From contig OZ296648.1 of assembly GCA_965655095.1 (NCBI GenBank), forward strand, positions 78,244,001-78,308,000: a stretch of 64,000 nucleotides of DNA. The letters are read 5' to 3'. The translations under genes were made by a program, and so were the position numbers. The notes beneath the pieces are model-generated. The model was given only the letters and a program-made list of their open reading frames with translations. It ran no database searches and had not been told where the DNA came from. Source of the stretch: Haplodiscus bocki (Eukaryota). This document shows, in pieces, positions 13,701 through 28,700 of this stretch (positions are counted from its first letter, which is position 1; every line of letters begins with the position of its first letter).

Positions 13701-16700
13701 CTACACAAAAATGCGTTAAAGAAGGCATTCTTGAGGGTGGTGAGACATTAAAGTATTCAATGGTTCTTGACCAACGCGCGGACAAAATGATGGAACTGTT
13801 CGTCAAAGCTTCAACTTCCAGTCCGCTATCAAGCACTTGTTTTGGCAGCTGATGAAGTTGGGTTCTACGTCACTGCCGAAGTTATAAAGCCGCCGTTCAA
13901 ATTGGCGTAGGATGAAGCGAAGTCAAAGGCACTAGCCCATATCCAGAAACTTTTGTTGGTGTCAGCCCTACATCGAAACTTGGAGACAGTTTGCAAAACT
14001 GTCAAAAAAAAGCACGCGAGTACAAATGTTAATCTGAATCCTGCACCCACGGGATATGATGTACTTGCCAACACCTTTGCCAGAAAAGTGCTCCTACTCA
14101 CTGGTATCAAAGACTTTGACATCAAAATATCTGAGAGAGAAGGTGACCATATCAACATGGCCCATCCAAAAAAATAAAGCATTGCGTTAGCTCACAATCC
14201 AGGTAGAGCTCTTGATTTATTTTATTTGGATGTTTCGTTTTTGGAAGAACTGTACCGAACTTTTTTTATTTTGACGTTTTTCATCTTTCAGAACTCTTTA
14301 GATGAGAACGAAAGTCATCCTCAAACTTGTATCCAGAACCGCAGACTCTCGGACTAGTTCATCCTACGGTCTCTTAAACCGGCTCTGAATAACTCAGTGA
14401 TATGATTAACTGGAATGTTTTTAATTAGTTTGATACAACTTCCAAACCTAAAGACTTTTAGAAAAGTTTTACACAGTTAATGTTGAGGAGCCTTTCGATA
14501 CGGTCCTTTTCGATAGCGACTTTTTAACGGTGTTTCGGGCAGCACGTTTGTACGGTACTCTTTCGATGCAGAATTCGGCACGGTGTTTTTTGGAAGCAAT
14601 TTTTTAACGGTGTTTCGGGCAGCACGTTTGTACGGTACATTTTCGACGCAGAATTCGATACGGTGTTTTTTGTAAGCAATTTTTTAACAGTGTTTTGAGC
14701 AGCACTTTTGTACGACAACTTTTTGTCGAGCAACTCGATACGGTCTTTCTTCAGTGGCGATTTATTAACGGTGATACGGGCAGCACTTTTGTATGACACT
14801 TTTCTGACGACATTTTTGATACAGTTTGTTTTCGAAAATGGTTTTTTAACGGTGTTTAAGGAAGCAATTTCATGCTGTACCTCTTTGACAGGCATTTTGA
14901 TACGGTCGTTTTTTGATAGCGATTTTCTGTGTGTGTTCCGGGCAGCTCTTTTGTACGATATATTTTCGACAAAATTTTCCAGACGCAAAGAACAATATAC
15001 TAAAAAACTGGCGGAGAAAACAAGCAAGAGCCCAGAGAAAAAATAATCACTCTCGTCAGATATTCGTACATTACCGCTGCGTTTGTTTAAAAGCTGAAAC
15101 AGAAAATGTGAGCAAGGGGATTCCTCCGCTGAACCATAGTTTAAAGTACCAGTATCAGAATCAAAACTCCTTCATGAACTTTCGACCTGCTCCTGTTCGG
15201 CATCAATCAAAATGTTCCGTGGCATAAATTGGAATCGTCAATCCTGTTTTCCTCAAAATCTTTTAATTTATCCAAATCACTTTCTGATTAAATACGTTGA
15301 AGAAATCCAGAGTCTGGCTGTGAAGAATTTTCAACTGAATATAGAGACAAGTGGTTAAATTCATCAAATCCGATGAAATCTACCGCTACATAAAAATGCG
15401 TTAAAGAAGGCATCCTTGAGGGTGGTGAGACATTAAAGTATTCGATGGTTCTTGACCAACGCGCGGACAAAATGATGGAATTGTTCGTCAAAGCTTCAAC
15501 TTCCAGTCCGCTATCAAGCACTTGTTTTGGCAGCTGATGAAGTTGGGTTCTACGTCACTGCCGAAGTTATAAAGCCGCCGTTCAAATTGGCGTAGGATGC
15601 AGCGAAGTCAAAGGCACTAGCCCATATCCAGAAACTTTTGTTGGGGTCAGACCTACATCGAAACTTGGAGACAGTTTGCAAAACTGTCAAAAGAAAGCAC
15701 GCGAGTACAAATGTTAATCTTAATCCTGCACCCATGGGATATGATGTACATGCCAACACATTTGCCAGAAAAGTGCTCCTACTCACTGGTATCAAAGACT
15801 GTGACATCAAAATATCTGAGAGAGAACGTGACCATATCAACATGGCCCATCCAAAAGAATAAAGCATTGCGTTAGCTCACACTCCAGGAAGAGCTCTTGA
15901 TTTATTTTATTTGGATGTTTCGTTTTTGGAGGAACTGTACCGAACTTTTTTTTCTTTTGACGTTTTTCATCTTTCAGAACTCTTTAGATGAGCACAAAAT
16001 CATCTACAAACGTGTATCCAGAACCGCAGACTCTCAGACTAGTTCATCCTACGGTCTCTTAAACCGGCTCTGAATAACTCAGTGATATGATTAACTGGAT
16101 TGTTTTCAATTAGTTTGATACAACTTCCAAACCATAAGACTTTTAGCAAAAGTTCCACAGTTAATGTTGAGGAGCCTTTCGATACGGTCTTTTCGATAGC
16201 GACTTTTTAACGGTGTTTCGGGCAGCACGTTTGTACGGTACTCTTTCGACGCAGAATTCGATACGGTGATTTTGGAAGCAATTTTTTATTGGTGTTTCGG
16301 GCAGCACGTTTGTACGGTACAATTTCGACGCAGAATTCGATACGGTGTTTTTTGTAAGCAATTTTTTAACAGTGTTTTGAGCAGCACTTTTGTACGACAA
16401 CTTTTCGTCGAGCAACTCGATACGGTCTTTCTTCAGTGGCCATTTATTAACGGTGATACGGGCAGCACTTTTGTTGGACACTTTTCTGACGACATTTTTG
16501 ATACAGTTTGTTTTCGAAAATGATTTTTTAACGGCGTTTAAGGAAGCACTTTCATGCTGTACCTCTTTGACAGGCATTTTGCTACGGTCCTTTTCTGATA
16601 GCGAATTTCTGTGTGTGTTCTGGACAGCTCTTTTGTACGGTACATTTTCGACAAAATTTTCCAGAAACAAAGAACACTATACTGAAAACCTGACGGAGAA

Positions 16701-19700
16701 AACAAGCAAGAGCCCAGAGAAAAAATAATCACTGTCGTTAGATATTCGTACATTACCGCTGCGTTTGTTTAAAAGTTGAAACAGAAAATGTGAGCAAGGG
16801 GATTCCTCCGCTGAACCATAGTTTAAAGTACCAGTATCAGAATCAAAACTTTTTCATGAACTTTCGACTTGCTCCTGTTCGGCATCAATCAAAATGTTCC
16901 ATGGCTTAAGTTGGAATCGTCAACCCTGTTTTCCTCAAAATCCATTCAATTATCCAAATCACTTTCTGATTAAATACGTTGATTAAATCCAGAGTCTGGC
17001 CGTGAAGAAGTTTCAACTGAAAACAGAGACAAGGGGTTATATTCATCAAATCCGAGGAAATCTACCGCTACATAAAAATGCGTTAAAGAAGGCATTCTTG
17101 AGGGTGGTGAGACATTAAAGTATTCGATGGTTCTTGACCAACGCGCGGACAAAATAATGGAATTGTTCGCCAAAGCTTCAACTTCCAGTCCGCTATCAAG
17201 CACTTGTTTTGGCAGCTGATGAAGTTGGGTTCTACGTCACTGCCGAAGTTATAAAGCCGCCGTTCAAATTGGCGTAGGATGCAGCGAAGTCAAAGGCACT
17301 AGCCCATATCCAGAAGCTTTTGTTGGGGTCAGCCCTACATCGAAACTTGGAGACAGTTTGCAAAACTGTCAAAAGAAAGCACGCGAGTACAAATGTTAAT
17401 CTTAATCCTGCACCCATTGGATATGATGTACATGCCAACACATTTGCCAGAAAAGTGCTCCTACTCACTGGTATCAAAGACTGTGACATCAAAATATCTG
17501 AGAGAGAACGTGACCATATCAACATGGCCCATCCAAAAGAATAAAGCATTGCGTTAGCTCACACTCCATGAAGAGCTCTTGATTTATTTTATTTGGATGT
17601 TTCGTTTTTGGAGGAACTGTACCGAACTTTTTTCTTTTGACGTTTTTCATCTTTCAGAACTCTTTATGTGAGCACAAAAGTCATCTACAAACGTGTATCC
17701 AGAACCGCAGACTCTCAGACTAGTTCATCCTACGGTCTCTTAAACCGGTTCTGACAAACTCAGTGATATGATTAACTGGAATGTTTTTAATTAGTTTGAT
17801 ACAACTTCCAAACCAAAAGACTTTTAGAAAAAGTTCCACAGTTAATGTTGAGGAGCCTTTCGATACGGTCCTTTTCGATAGCGACTTTTGAACGGTGTTT
17901 CGGGCAGCACGTTTGTACGGTACTCTTTCGACGCAGAATCGATACGGTGATTTTGGAAGCAATTTTTTATTGGTGTTTCGGGCAGCACGTTTGTACGGTA
18001 CAATTTGGACGCAGAAATCGATACGGTGTTTTTTGTTAGCAATTTTTTAACAGTGTTTTGAGCAGCACTTTTGTACGACAACTTTTCGTCGAGCAACTCG
18101 ATACGGTCTTTCTTCAGTGGCGATTTATTAACGGTGATACGGGCAGCACTTTCGTATGACACTTTTCTGACGACATTTTTGATACAGTTTGTTTTCGAAA
18201 ATGATTTTTTAACGGCGTTTAAGGAAGCATTTTCATGCTGTACCTCTTTGACAGGCATTTTGCTACGGTCCTTTTCTGATAGCGATTTTCTGTGTGTGTT
18301 CTGGACAGCTCTTTTGTACGGTACATTTTCGACAAAATTTTCCAGAAACAAAGAACACTATACTGAAAAACTGACGGAGAAAACAAGCAAGAGCCCAGAG
18401 AAAAAATAATCACTGTCGTTAGATATTCGTACATTACCGCTGCGTTTGTTTAAAAGTTGAAACAGAAAATGTGAGCAAGGGGATTCCTCCGCTGAACCAT
18501 AGTTTAAAGTACCAGTATCAGAATCAAAACTTTTTCATGAACTTTCGACTTGCTCCTGTTCTGCATCAATCAAAATGTTCCATGGCTTAAGTTGGAATCG
18601 TCAACCCTGTTTTCCTCAAAATCCATTCAATTATCCAAATCACTTTCTGATTAAATACGTTGATTAAATCCAGAGTCTGGCCGTGAAGAAGTTTCAACTG
18701 AAAACAGAGACAAGGGGTTATATTCATCAAATCCGATGAAATTTACCGCTACATAAAAATGCGTTAAAGAAGGCATTCTTGAGGGTGGTTCGACAATAAA
18801 TTATTTGACTCTTCTTGACCAACGCGCGGACAAAATGATGGATTTGTTCGTCAAAGTTTCCACTTCCAGTCCGCTGTCAAGCAATTGTTTTGGCAGCTAA
18901 TGGCGTTGGGTTCTACGACTCTGCTGAAGTTATAGAGCCGCCGCTCAATTTGGCGTAAGAGGCAGCGATGTCAGAGGCACTAGCCCATCTCCAAAAACTT
19001 TTGTTGGGGTCAGCCTTATGTCGAAAATTGGAGACAGTTTGCAAAACTGTCAAAAGAAATCACGCGAGTACAAATGTGAATCTGAGACCTGCACCCACGG
19101 GACATGATGGACATGCCCACACCTTTGCCAGAAAAGTGCTCCTACTCACTGGTATCAAAGACTGTGACATCAGAATATCTGGGAGAGAATGCGACCATAT
19201 TAAAATGGCCCATCCAAAAGAATAAAGCTTTGCGTTAGCTCACATTCCAAGAAATGCTCTTGATTTATTTTATTTGGATGTTTCGTTTATGGAGGAAATC
19301 TACCGAATTTTTCTTTCTTTTGATGTTTTTCATCTTTCAAAACTCTTTAGATGATCACAAAAGTCATCCTCAAACGTGTATCCAGAACCACAGACTCTCA
19401 GACTAGTTCATCCTATGGTCTCTTAAACCGGCTCTGAATAACTCAGTGATATGATTAACTGGAATGTTTTTAATTAGTTTGATACAACTTCGAAATCGAA
19501 AGTCTTTTAGAAAAATTTCCACAGTTATTGTTGAGGAGCCTTTCCATACGGTCCTTTTTGATAGCAACTTTTTAATGGTGTTTCGGGCGGCACGTTTGTA
19601 CGGTACTTTTTCGACGCAGAATTCGATACTGTGTTTTTTGTAAGCAATTTTTTAACAGTGTTTTGAGCAGCGCTTTTGTACGACAAGTTTTCGTCGAGCA

Positions 19701-22700
19701 ACTCGATACGGTCTTTCTTCCATGGCGATTTATTAACGGTGATATGGGCAGCACTTTTGTATGCCACTTTTTTGACGACAATTTTGATACGGTTTATTTT
19801 TGAAAATGGTTTTTTTAACGGTGTTTAAGGAAACACTTTCATGCTGTACCTCTTTAACAGGCATTTTGATACGGTCGTTTTTTGATAGCGATTTTCTATG
19901 TGTGTTCTGGACAGCTCTTGTGTACGGTACTTTTTCGACAAAATTTTCCAGACACAAAAAACAATATACTAAAAAACTGACGGAGAAAACAAGCGAGAGC
20001 CCAGAGAAAAAACACACACTGTCGCTAGATATTCGTACATTACCGCTACATTTGATTAAAAGCTCAAACAGAAAATGTGAGCCAGGGGATTCCTCCCCTG
20101 AACCATAGTTTAAAGTACCAGTATCAGAATCAAAACTCTTTCATGAACTTTCGACCTGCTACTGTTCGTCATCAATCAAAATGTTCCGTGGCTTAAGATG
20201 GAATCGTCAATCCTGTTTTCCTCAAAATCCACTAAAACCTCCAAATCACTTTCTCGTTAAATACGTTGATTAAATCCGGAGTCTGGCGGTGAGAAATTTC
20301 AACTGAATATAGAGACAAAGGGTTGAATTCATCAAATCCGATGAAATCTTCCGCTACATAAAAGTTGTTGAAGAAGGCATTCTTGAGGGTGGTTCGACAA
20401 TAAATTATTTGACTCTTCTTGACCAACGCGCGGACAAAATGATGGATTTGTTTGTCAAAGTTTCCACTTCCAGTCCGCTATCAAGCAATTGTTTTGGCAG
20501 CTGATGACGTTGGGTTCTACGACACTGCTGAAGTTATAGAGCCGCCGCTCAATTTGGCGTAAGAGGCAGCGATGTCAGAGGCACTAGCCCATCTCCAAAA
20601 ACTTTTGTTGGGGTCAGCCTTATGTCGAAAATTGGAGACAGTTTGCAAAACTGTCAAAAGAAATCACGCGAGTACAAATGTGAATCTGAGACCTGCACCC
20701 ACGGGACATGATGGACATGCCCACACCTTTGCCAGAAAAGTGCTCCTACTCACTGGTATCAAAGACTGTGACATCAGAATATCTGGGAGAGAATGCGACC
20801 ATATTAAAATGGCCCATCCAAAAGAATAAAGCTTTGCGTTAGCTCACATTCCAAGAAATGCTCTTGATTTATTTTATTTGGATGTTTCGTTTATGGAGGA
20901 AATCTACCGAATTTTTCTTTCTTTTGATGTTTTTCATCTTTCAAAACTCTTTAGATGATCACAAAAGTCATCCTCAAACGTGTATCCAGAACCACAGACT
21001 CTCAGACTAGTTCATCCTATGGTCTCTTAAACCGGCTCTGAATAACTCAGTGATATGATTAACTGGAATGTTTTTAATTAGTTTGATACAACTTCGAAAT
21101 CGAAAGTCTTTTAGAAAAATTTCCACAGTTATTGTTGAGGAGCCTTTCCATACGGTCCTTTTTGATAGCAACTTTTTAATGGTGTTTCGGGCGGCACGTT
21201 TGTACGGTACTTTTTCGACGCAGAATTCGATACTGTGTTTTTTGTAAGCAATTTTTTAACAGTGTTTTGAGCAGCGCTTTTGTACGACAAGTTTTCGTCG
21301 AGCAACTCGATACGGTCTTTCTTCCATGGCGATTTATTAACGGTGATATGGGCAGCACTTTTGTATGCCACTTTTTTGACGACAATTTTGATACGGTTTA
21401 TTTTTGAAAATGGTTTTTTTAACGGTGTTTAAGGAAACACTTTCATGCTGTACCTCTTTAACAGGCATTTTGATACGGTCGTTTTTTGATAGCGATTTTC
21501 TATGTGTGTTCTGGACAGCTCTTGTGTACGGTACTTTTTCGACAAAATTTTCCAGACACAAAAAACAATATACTAAAAAACTGACGGAGAAAACAAGCGA
21601 GAGCCCAGAGAAAAAACACACACTGTCGCTAGATATTCGTACATTACCGCTACATTTGATTAAAAGCTCAAACAGAAAATGTGAGCCAGGGGATTCCTCC
21701 CCTGAACCATAGTTTAAAGTACCAGTATCAGAATCAAAACTCTTTCATGAACTTTCGACCTGCTACTGTTCGTCATCAATCAAAATGTTCCGTGGCTTAA
21801 GATGGAATCGTCAATCCTGTTTTCCTCAAAATCCACTAAAACCTCCAAATCACTTTCTCGTTAAATACGTTGATTAAATCCGGAGTCTGGCGGTGAAAAA
21901 AATTCAACTGAATATAGAGACAAAGGGTTGAATTCATCAAATCCGATGAAATCTTCCGCTACATAAAAGTTGTTGAAGAAGGCATTCTTGAGGGTGGTTC
22001 GACAATAAATTATTTGACTCTTCTTGACCAACGCGCGGACAAAATGATGGATTTGTTCGTCAAAGTTTCCACTTCCAGTCCGCTATCAAGCAATTGTTTT
22101 GGCAGCTGATGACGTTGGGTTCTACGACACTGCTGAAGTTATAGAGCCGCCGCTCAATTTGGCGTAAGAGGCAGCGATGTCAGAGGCACTAGCCCATCTC
22201 CAAAAACTTTTGTTGGGGTCAGCCTTATGTCGAAACTTGGAGACAGTTTGCAAAACTGTCAAAAGAAAACGCGCGAGTACAAATGTGAATCTGAAACCTG
22301 CACCCACGGGACATGATGTACATGTCCACACATTTGCCAGAAAAGTGCTCCTACTCACTGGTATCAAAGACTGTGACATCAGAATATCTGGGAGAGAAGG
22401 TGACTATATCAAAATGGCCCATCCAAAAGAACAAAACATTGCGTTAGCTCACATTCCAAGGAAAGCTATTGATATTTTTTATTTGGATGTTTCGTTTATG
22501 GAGGAAATGTACCGAATTTTTCTTCTTTTGATGTTTTTCATCTTCCAAAACTCTTCAGATGATCAAAATTGTCATCCTCAAACTTGTATCCAGAACCACA
22601 GACTCTCAGACTAGTTCATCCTACGGTCTTTTAAACCGGCTCTGAATAACTCAGTGATATGATTAACTGGAATATTTTTAATTAGTTTGATACAACTTCT

Positions 22701-25700
22701 AAATCGAAAGTCTTTTAGAAAATATTCCACAGTTATTGTTGAGGAGCCTTTCCATACGGTCCTTTTCGATAGCAACTTTTTAACGGTGTTTCGGGCAGCA
22801 CGTTTGTACGGTACTCCTTCGACGCAGAATTCGATACGGTGTTTCTTGTAAGCATTTTTTTAACAGTGTTTTGAGCAGCACCTTTGTACGACAAGTTATC
22901 GTCGAGCGATTCGATACGGTCATTCATCCATGGCGATTTATTAACGGTGATACGGGCAGCACTTTTGTATGACACTTTCCTGACGATTTTTTGATACAGT
23001 TTGTTTTCGAAATTGGTTTTTTAACGGTGTTTAAGGAAGCACTTTCATGCTGTACCTCTTTGACAGGCATTTTGATACGGTCCTTTTTTGATAGCGATTT
23101 TCTGTGTGTGTTCTGGACAGCTCTTTTGTACGGTACTTTTTCGACAAAATTTTCCAGAGACAAAGAACAACACACTAAAAAACTGACGGAGAGGACAAGC
23201 AAGAGCCCATAGAAAAAATAATCACTGTCGCTAGATATTCGTACATTACCGTTGCGTTTGATTAAAAGCTCAAACAGAAAATGTGAGCAAGGGGTTTCCT
23301 CCCCTGAACCATAGTTTAAAGTACCAGTATCCCAATCAAAACTCTTTTATGAACTTTCGACCTGCTCCTCTTCGGCATCAATCAAAATGTTCCGTGGCCT
23401 AAGTTGGAATCGTCAATCCTGTTTTCCTCAAAATCCGCTAAAACCTCCAAATCACTTTCTGATTAAATACGTTGATTAAATCCGGAGTCTGGTGGTGAAG
23501 AAATTTCAAATGAATATAGAGACAAAGGGTTGAATTCATCAAATCCGATGAAATCTTCCGCTACATAAAAATGCGTTAAAGAAAGCATTCTTGAGGGTGG
23601 TGAGACATTAAATTATTTGACAATTTTTGACCAACGCGCGGACAAAATGATGGGATTGTTCGTCAAAGTTTCCACTTCCAGTCCGTTATCAAGCAATTGT
23701 TTTGGCAGCTGATGACGTTGGGTTCTACGGCACTGCTGAAGTTATAGAGTCTCTGCTCAATTTGGCGTAGGAGGCAGCGATGTCAGAGGCACTACCCCAT
23801 ATCCAAAAACTTTTGTTGGGGTCAGCCTTATGTCGAAACTTGGAGACAGTTTGCAAAACTGTCAAAAGGAGGCACGCGAGTACAAATGTGAATCTGAAAC
23901 CTGCACCCACGGGACATGATGTACATGCCCACACATTTGCCAGAAAAGTGCTCCTACTCACCGGTATCAAACACTGTGACATCAGAATATCTGGGAGAGA
24001 AGGTGACCATATCAAAATGGCCCATCCAAAAGAATAAAATATTGCGTTAGCTCACATTCCAAGAAAAGCTCTTGATTTATTTTATTTGGATGTTTCGTTT
24101 ATGGAGGAAATGTACCGAATTTTTCTTCTTTTGATGTTTTTCATCTTCCAAAACTCTTCAGATGATCAAAATTGTCATCCTCAAACTTGTATCCAGAACC
24201 ACAGACTCTCAGACTAGTTCATCCTACGGTCTTTTAAACCGGCTCTGAATAACTCAGTGATATGATTAACTGGAATATTTTTAATTAGTTTGATACAACT
24301 TCTAAATCGAAAGTCTTTTAGAAAATATTCCACAGTTATTGTTGAGGAGCCTTTCCATACGGTCTTTTCGATAGCAACTTTTTAACGGTGTTTCGGGCAG
24401 CACGTTTGTACGGTACTCCTTCGACGCAGAATTCGATACTGTGTTTTTGGAAGCAATTTTCTAACGGTGTTTCGGGCAGCACGTTTGTACGGTACTCCTT
24501 CGACGCAGAATTCGATACGGTGTTTCTTGTAAGCATTTTTTTAACAGTGTTTTGAGCAGCACCCTTGTACGACAAGTTATCGTCGAGCGATTCGATACGG
24601 TCTTTCATCAATGGCGATTTATTAACGGTGATACGGGCAGCACTTTTGTATGACACTTTCCTGACGACTTTTTTGATACAGTTTGTTTTCGAAATTGGTT
24701 TTTTAACGGTGTTTAAGGAAGCACTTTCATGCTGTACCTCTTTGACAGGCATTTTGATACGGTCCTTTTTTGATAGCGATTTTCTGTGTGTGTTCTGGAC
24801 AGCTCTTTTGTACGGTACTTTTTCGACAAAATTTTCTAGAGACAAAGAACAATACACTAAAAAACTGACGGACAAAACAAGCAGGAGCCCATAGAAAAAA
24901 TAATCACTGTCGCTAGATATTCGTACATTACCGTTGCGTTTGATTAAAAGCTCAAACAGAAAAGGTGAGCAAGGGGTTTCCTCCCCTGAACCATAGTTTA
25001 ATGTACCAATATCAGAATCAAAACTCTTTCATGAACTTTCGACCTGCTCCTCTTCGGCATCAATCAAAGTGTTCCGTGGCTTAACTTGGAATCGTCAATC
25101 CTGTTTTCCTCAAAATCCGCTAAAACCTCCAAATCAATTTCTGATTAAATACGTTGATTAAACCCGGAGTCTGGTGGAGAACAAATTTCAAATGAATATA
25201 GAGACAAAGGGTTGAATTCATCAAAGCCGATGAAATCTTCCGCTACATAAAAATGCGTTAAAGAAAGCACTCTTGAGGGTGGTGAGACATTAAATTATTT
25301 GACGATTTTTGACCAACGCGCGGACAAAATGATGGGATTGTTCGTCAAAGTTTCCACTTCCAGTCCGTTATCAAGCAATTGTTTTGGCGGCTGATGACGT
25401 TGGGTTCTACGGCACTGCTGAAGTTATAGAGTCGCCGCTCAATATTGCGTAGGAGGCAGCAATGTCAGAGGCACTACCCCATATCCAAAAACTTTTGTTG
25501 GGGTCAGCCTTATGTCGAAACTTGGAGACAGTTTGCAAAACTGTCAAAAGAAGGCACGCGAGTACAAATGTGAATCTGAAACCTGCACCCACGGGACATG
25601 ATGTACATGCCCACACATTTGCCAGAAAAGTGCTCCTACTCACCGGTATCAAACACTGTGACATCAGAATATCTGGTAGAGAAGGTGACCATATCAAAAT

Positions 25701-28700
25701 GGCCCATCCAAAAGAATAACGCATTGCGTTAGCTCACATTCCAAGAAATGCTCTTGATTTATTTTATTTGGATGTTTCGTTTATGGAGGAAATGTACCGA
25801 ATCTTCCTTCTTTTGATGTTTTTCATCTTTCAAAACTCTTTAGAAGATCACAAAAGTCATCCTCAAACGTGTATCCAGAACCACAGACTCTCAGACTAGT
25901 TCATCCTACGGTCTCTTAAACCGGCTCTGAATAACTAACTGATATGATTAACTGGAATGTTTTTAATTAGTTTGATACAACTTCTGAATCGAAATTCTTT
26001 TAGAAAATATTCCACAGTTAATGTTGAGGAGCCTTTCCATACGGTCCTTTTCGATAGCAGCTTTTTAACGGTGTTTCGGGCAGCACGTTTGTACGGTACT
26101 CCTTCGACGCAGAATTCGATACTGTGTTTTTGGAAGCAATTTTCTAACGGTGTTTCGGGCAGCACGTTTGTACGGTACTCCTTCGACGCAGAATTCGATA
26201 CGATGTTTTTTGTAAGCATTTTTTTAACAGTGTTTTGAGCAGCACTTTTTTACGACAAGTTTTCGTCGAGCAATTCGATACGGTCTTTCTTCCATGGCGA
26301 TTTATTAATGGTGATATGGGCAGCACTTTTGTATGAAACTTTTTTGACGACCATTTTGATTTGGTTTTTTTTGCAAACGGTTTTTAACGGTGTCTAAGGA
26401 AGCACTTTCATGCTGTACCTCTTTAACAGGCATTTTGATACGGTCCTTTTTTGATAGCGATTTTCTTTGTGTGTTCTGGACAGCTCTTTTGTACGGTACT
26501 TTTTCGACAAAATTTTCTAGAGACAAAGAACAATACACTAAAAAACTGACGGAGAAAACAAGCCAGAGCCCAGAGAAAAATTATTCACTGTCGCTAGATA
26601 TTCGTACATTACCGCTGCGTTTGATTAAAAGCTCAAACAGAAAATGTGAGCAAGGGGATTCCTCCCCTGAACCATAGTTTAAAATACCAGTATCAGAATC
26701 AAAACTCTTTCATGAACTTTCGACCTGCTCCTCTTCGGCATCAGTCAAAATGTTCCGTGGCTTAAGTTGGAACCGTCAATCCTGATTTCCTCAAAATCCG
26801 CTAAAACCTCCAAATCACTTTCTGATTAAATACGTTGATTAAATCCGGAAGTCTGGCGGTGAAGAAATTTCAACTGAATATAGAGACAAAGGGTTGAATT
26901 CATCAAATCCGATGAAATATTCCGCTACATAAAAATGCGTTAAAGAAGGCATTCTGGAGGGTGGTTAGACATTAAATTATTTGACTCTTCTTGACCAACG
27001 CGCGGAGAAAATGATGGATTTGTTCGTCAAAGTTTCCACTTCCAGTCCGCTATCAAGCAATTGTTTTGGCAGCTGATGACGTTGGGTTCTACGACACTGC
27101 TGAAGTTATAGAGCCGCCGCTCAATTTGGCGTAGGAGGCAGCGATGTCAGAGGCACTAGCCCATATCCAAAAACTTTTGTTGGGGTCAGCCTTATGTCGA
27201 AACTTGGAGACAGTTTGCAAAACTGTCAAAAGAAAACGCGCGAGTACAGATGTGAATCTGAAACCTGCACCCACGGGACATGATGTACATGTCCACACAT
27301 TTGCCAGAAAAGTGCTCCTACTCACTGGTATCAAAGACTGTGACATCAGAATATCTGGGAGAGAAGGTGGCCATATCAAAATGACCCATGCAAAGGAAAA
27401 AAGCATTGCGTTAGCTCACTTTCCAAGAAAAGCTCTTGATATTTTTTATTTGGATGTTTCGTGTATGGAGGAAATGTACCGAATTTTTCTTTCTTTTGAT
27501 GTTTTTCATCTTTCAAAACTCTTTAGAAGAACATAAAAGTCATCCTCAAACGTGTATCCAGAACCACAGACTCTCAGACTAGTTCATCCTACGGTCTCTT
27601 AAACCGGCTCTGAATAACTAACTGATATGATTGACTGGAATGTTTTTAATTAGTTTGATACAACTTCTAAATCGAAACTCTTTTAGAAAATATTCCACAA
27701 TTAATGTTGAGGAGCCTCTCCATACGGTCCTTTTCGATAGCAACTTTTTAACGGTGTTTCGGGCAGCACGTTTGTACGGTACTCCTTCGACGCAGAATTC
27801 GATACGGTGTTTTTTGTAAGCATTTTTTTAACAGTGTTTTGAGCAGCACTTTTGTACGACAAGTTTTCGTCGAGCAATTCGATACGGTTTTTCTTCCATG
27901 GCGATTTATTAACGGTGATATGGGCAGCACTTTTGTATGAAACTTTTTTGACGACAATTTTGGTTTGGTTTATTTTTGAAAATGGTTTTTAACGGTGTAT
28001 AAGGAAGCACTTTCATGCTGTACCTCTTTAACAGGCACTTTGATACGGTCCTTTTTTGATAGCCTTTTTCTATGTGTGTTCTGGACAGCTCTTTTGTACG
28101 GTACTTTTTCGACAAAATTTTCCAGAGACAAAGAACAACATACTAAAAAACTGACGGAGAAAACAAGCCAGAGCCCAGAGAAAAATTATTCACTGTCGCT
28201 AGATATTCGTACATTACCGCTGCGTTTGATTAAAAGCTCAAACAGAAAATGTGAGCCAAGGGATTCCTCCCCTGAACCATAGTTTAAAGTACCAGTATCA
28301 GAATCAAAACTCTTTCATGAACTTTCGACCTGCTCCTCTTTGGCATCAATCAAAAAGTTCCGTGGCCTAAGTTGGAATCGTCAATCGTATTTTTCTCAAT
28401 ATCCGCTGAATCCTGCAACTCACTTTCTGATTAGATACATTGATTAAATCCAGAGTCTGGCGGTGAAGAACTTTCAACTGATTTTTAAGTCAAACGGTTA
28501 TATTCATCAAATCCGATGAAATCTACCGCTACACAAAAATGCGTTAAAGAAGGCATTCTTGAGGGTGGTGAGACATTAAAGTATTCAATGGTTCTTGACC
28601 AACGCGCGGACAAAATGATGGAACTGTTCGTCAAAGTTTCCACTTCCAGTCCGCTAACAAGCAATTGCTTTGGCAACTGATGAAGATGGGTTCTACGACA

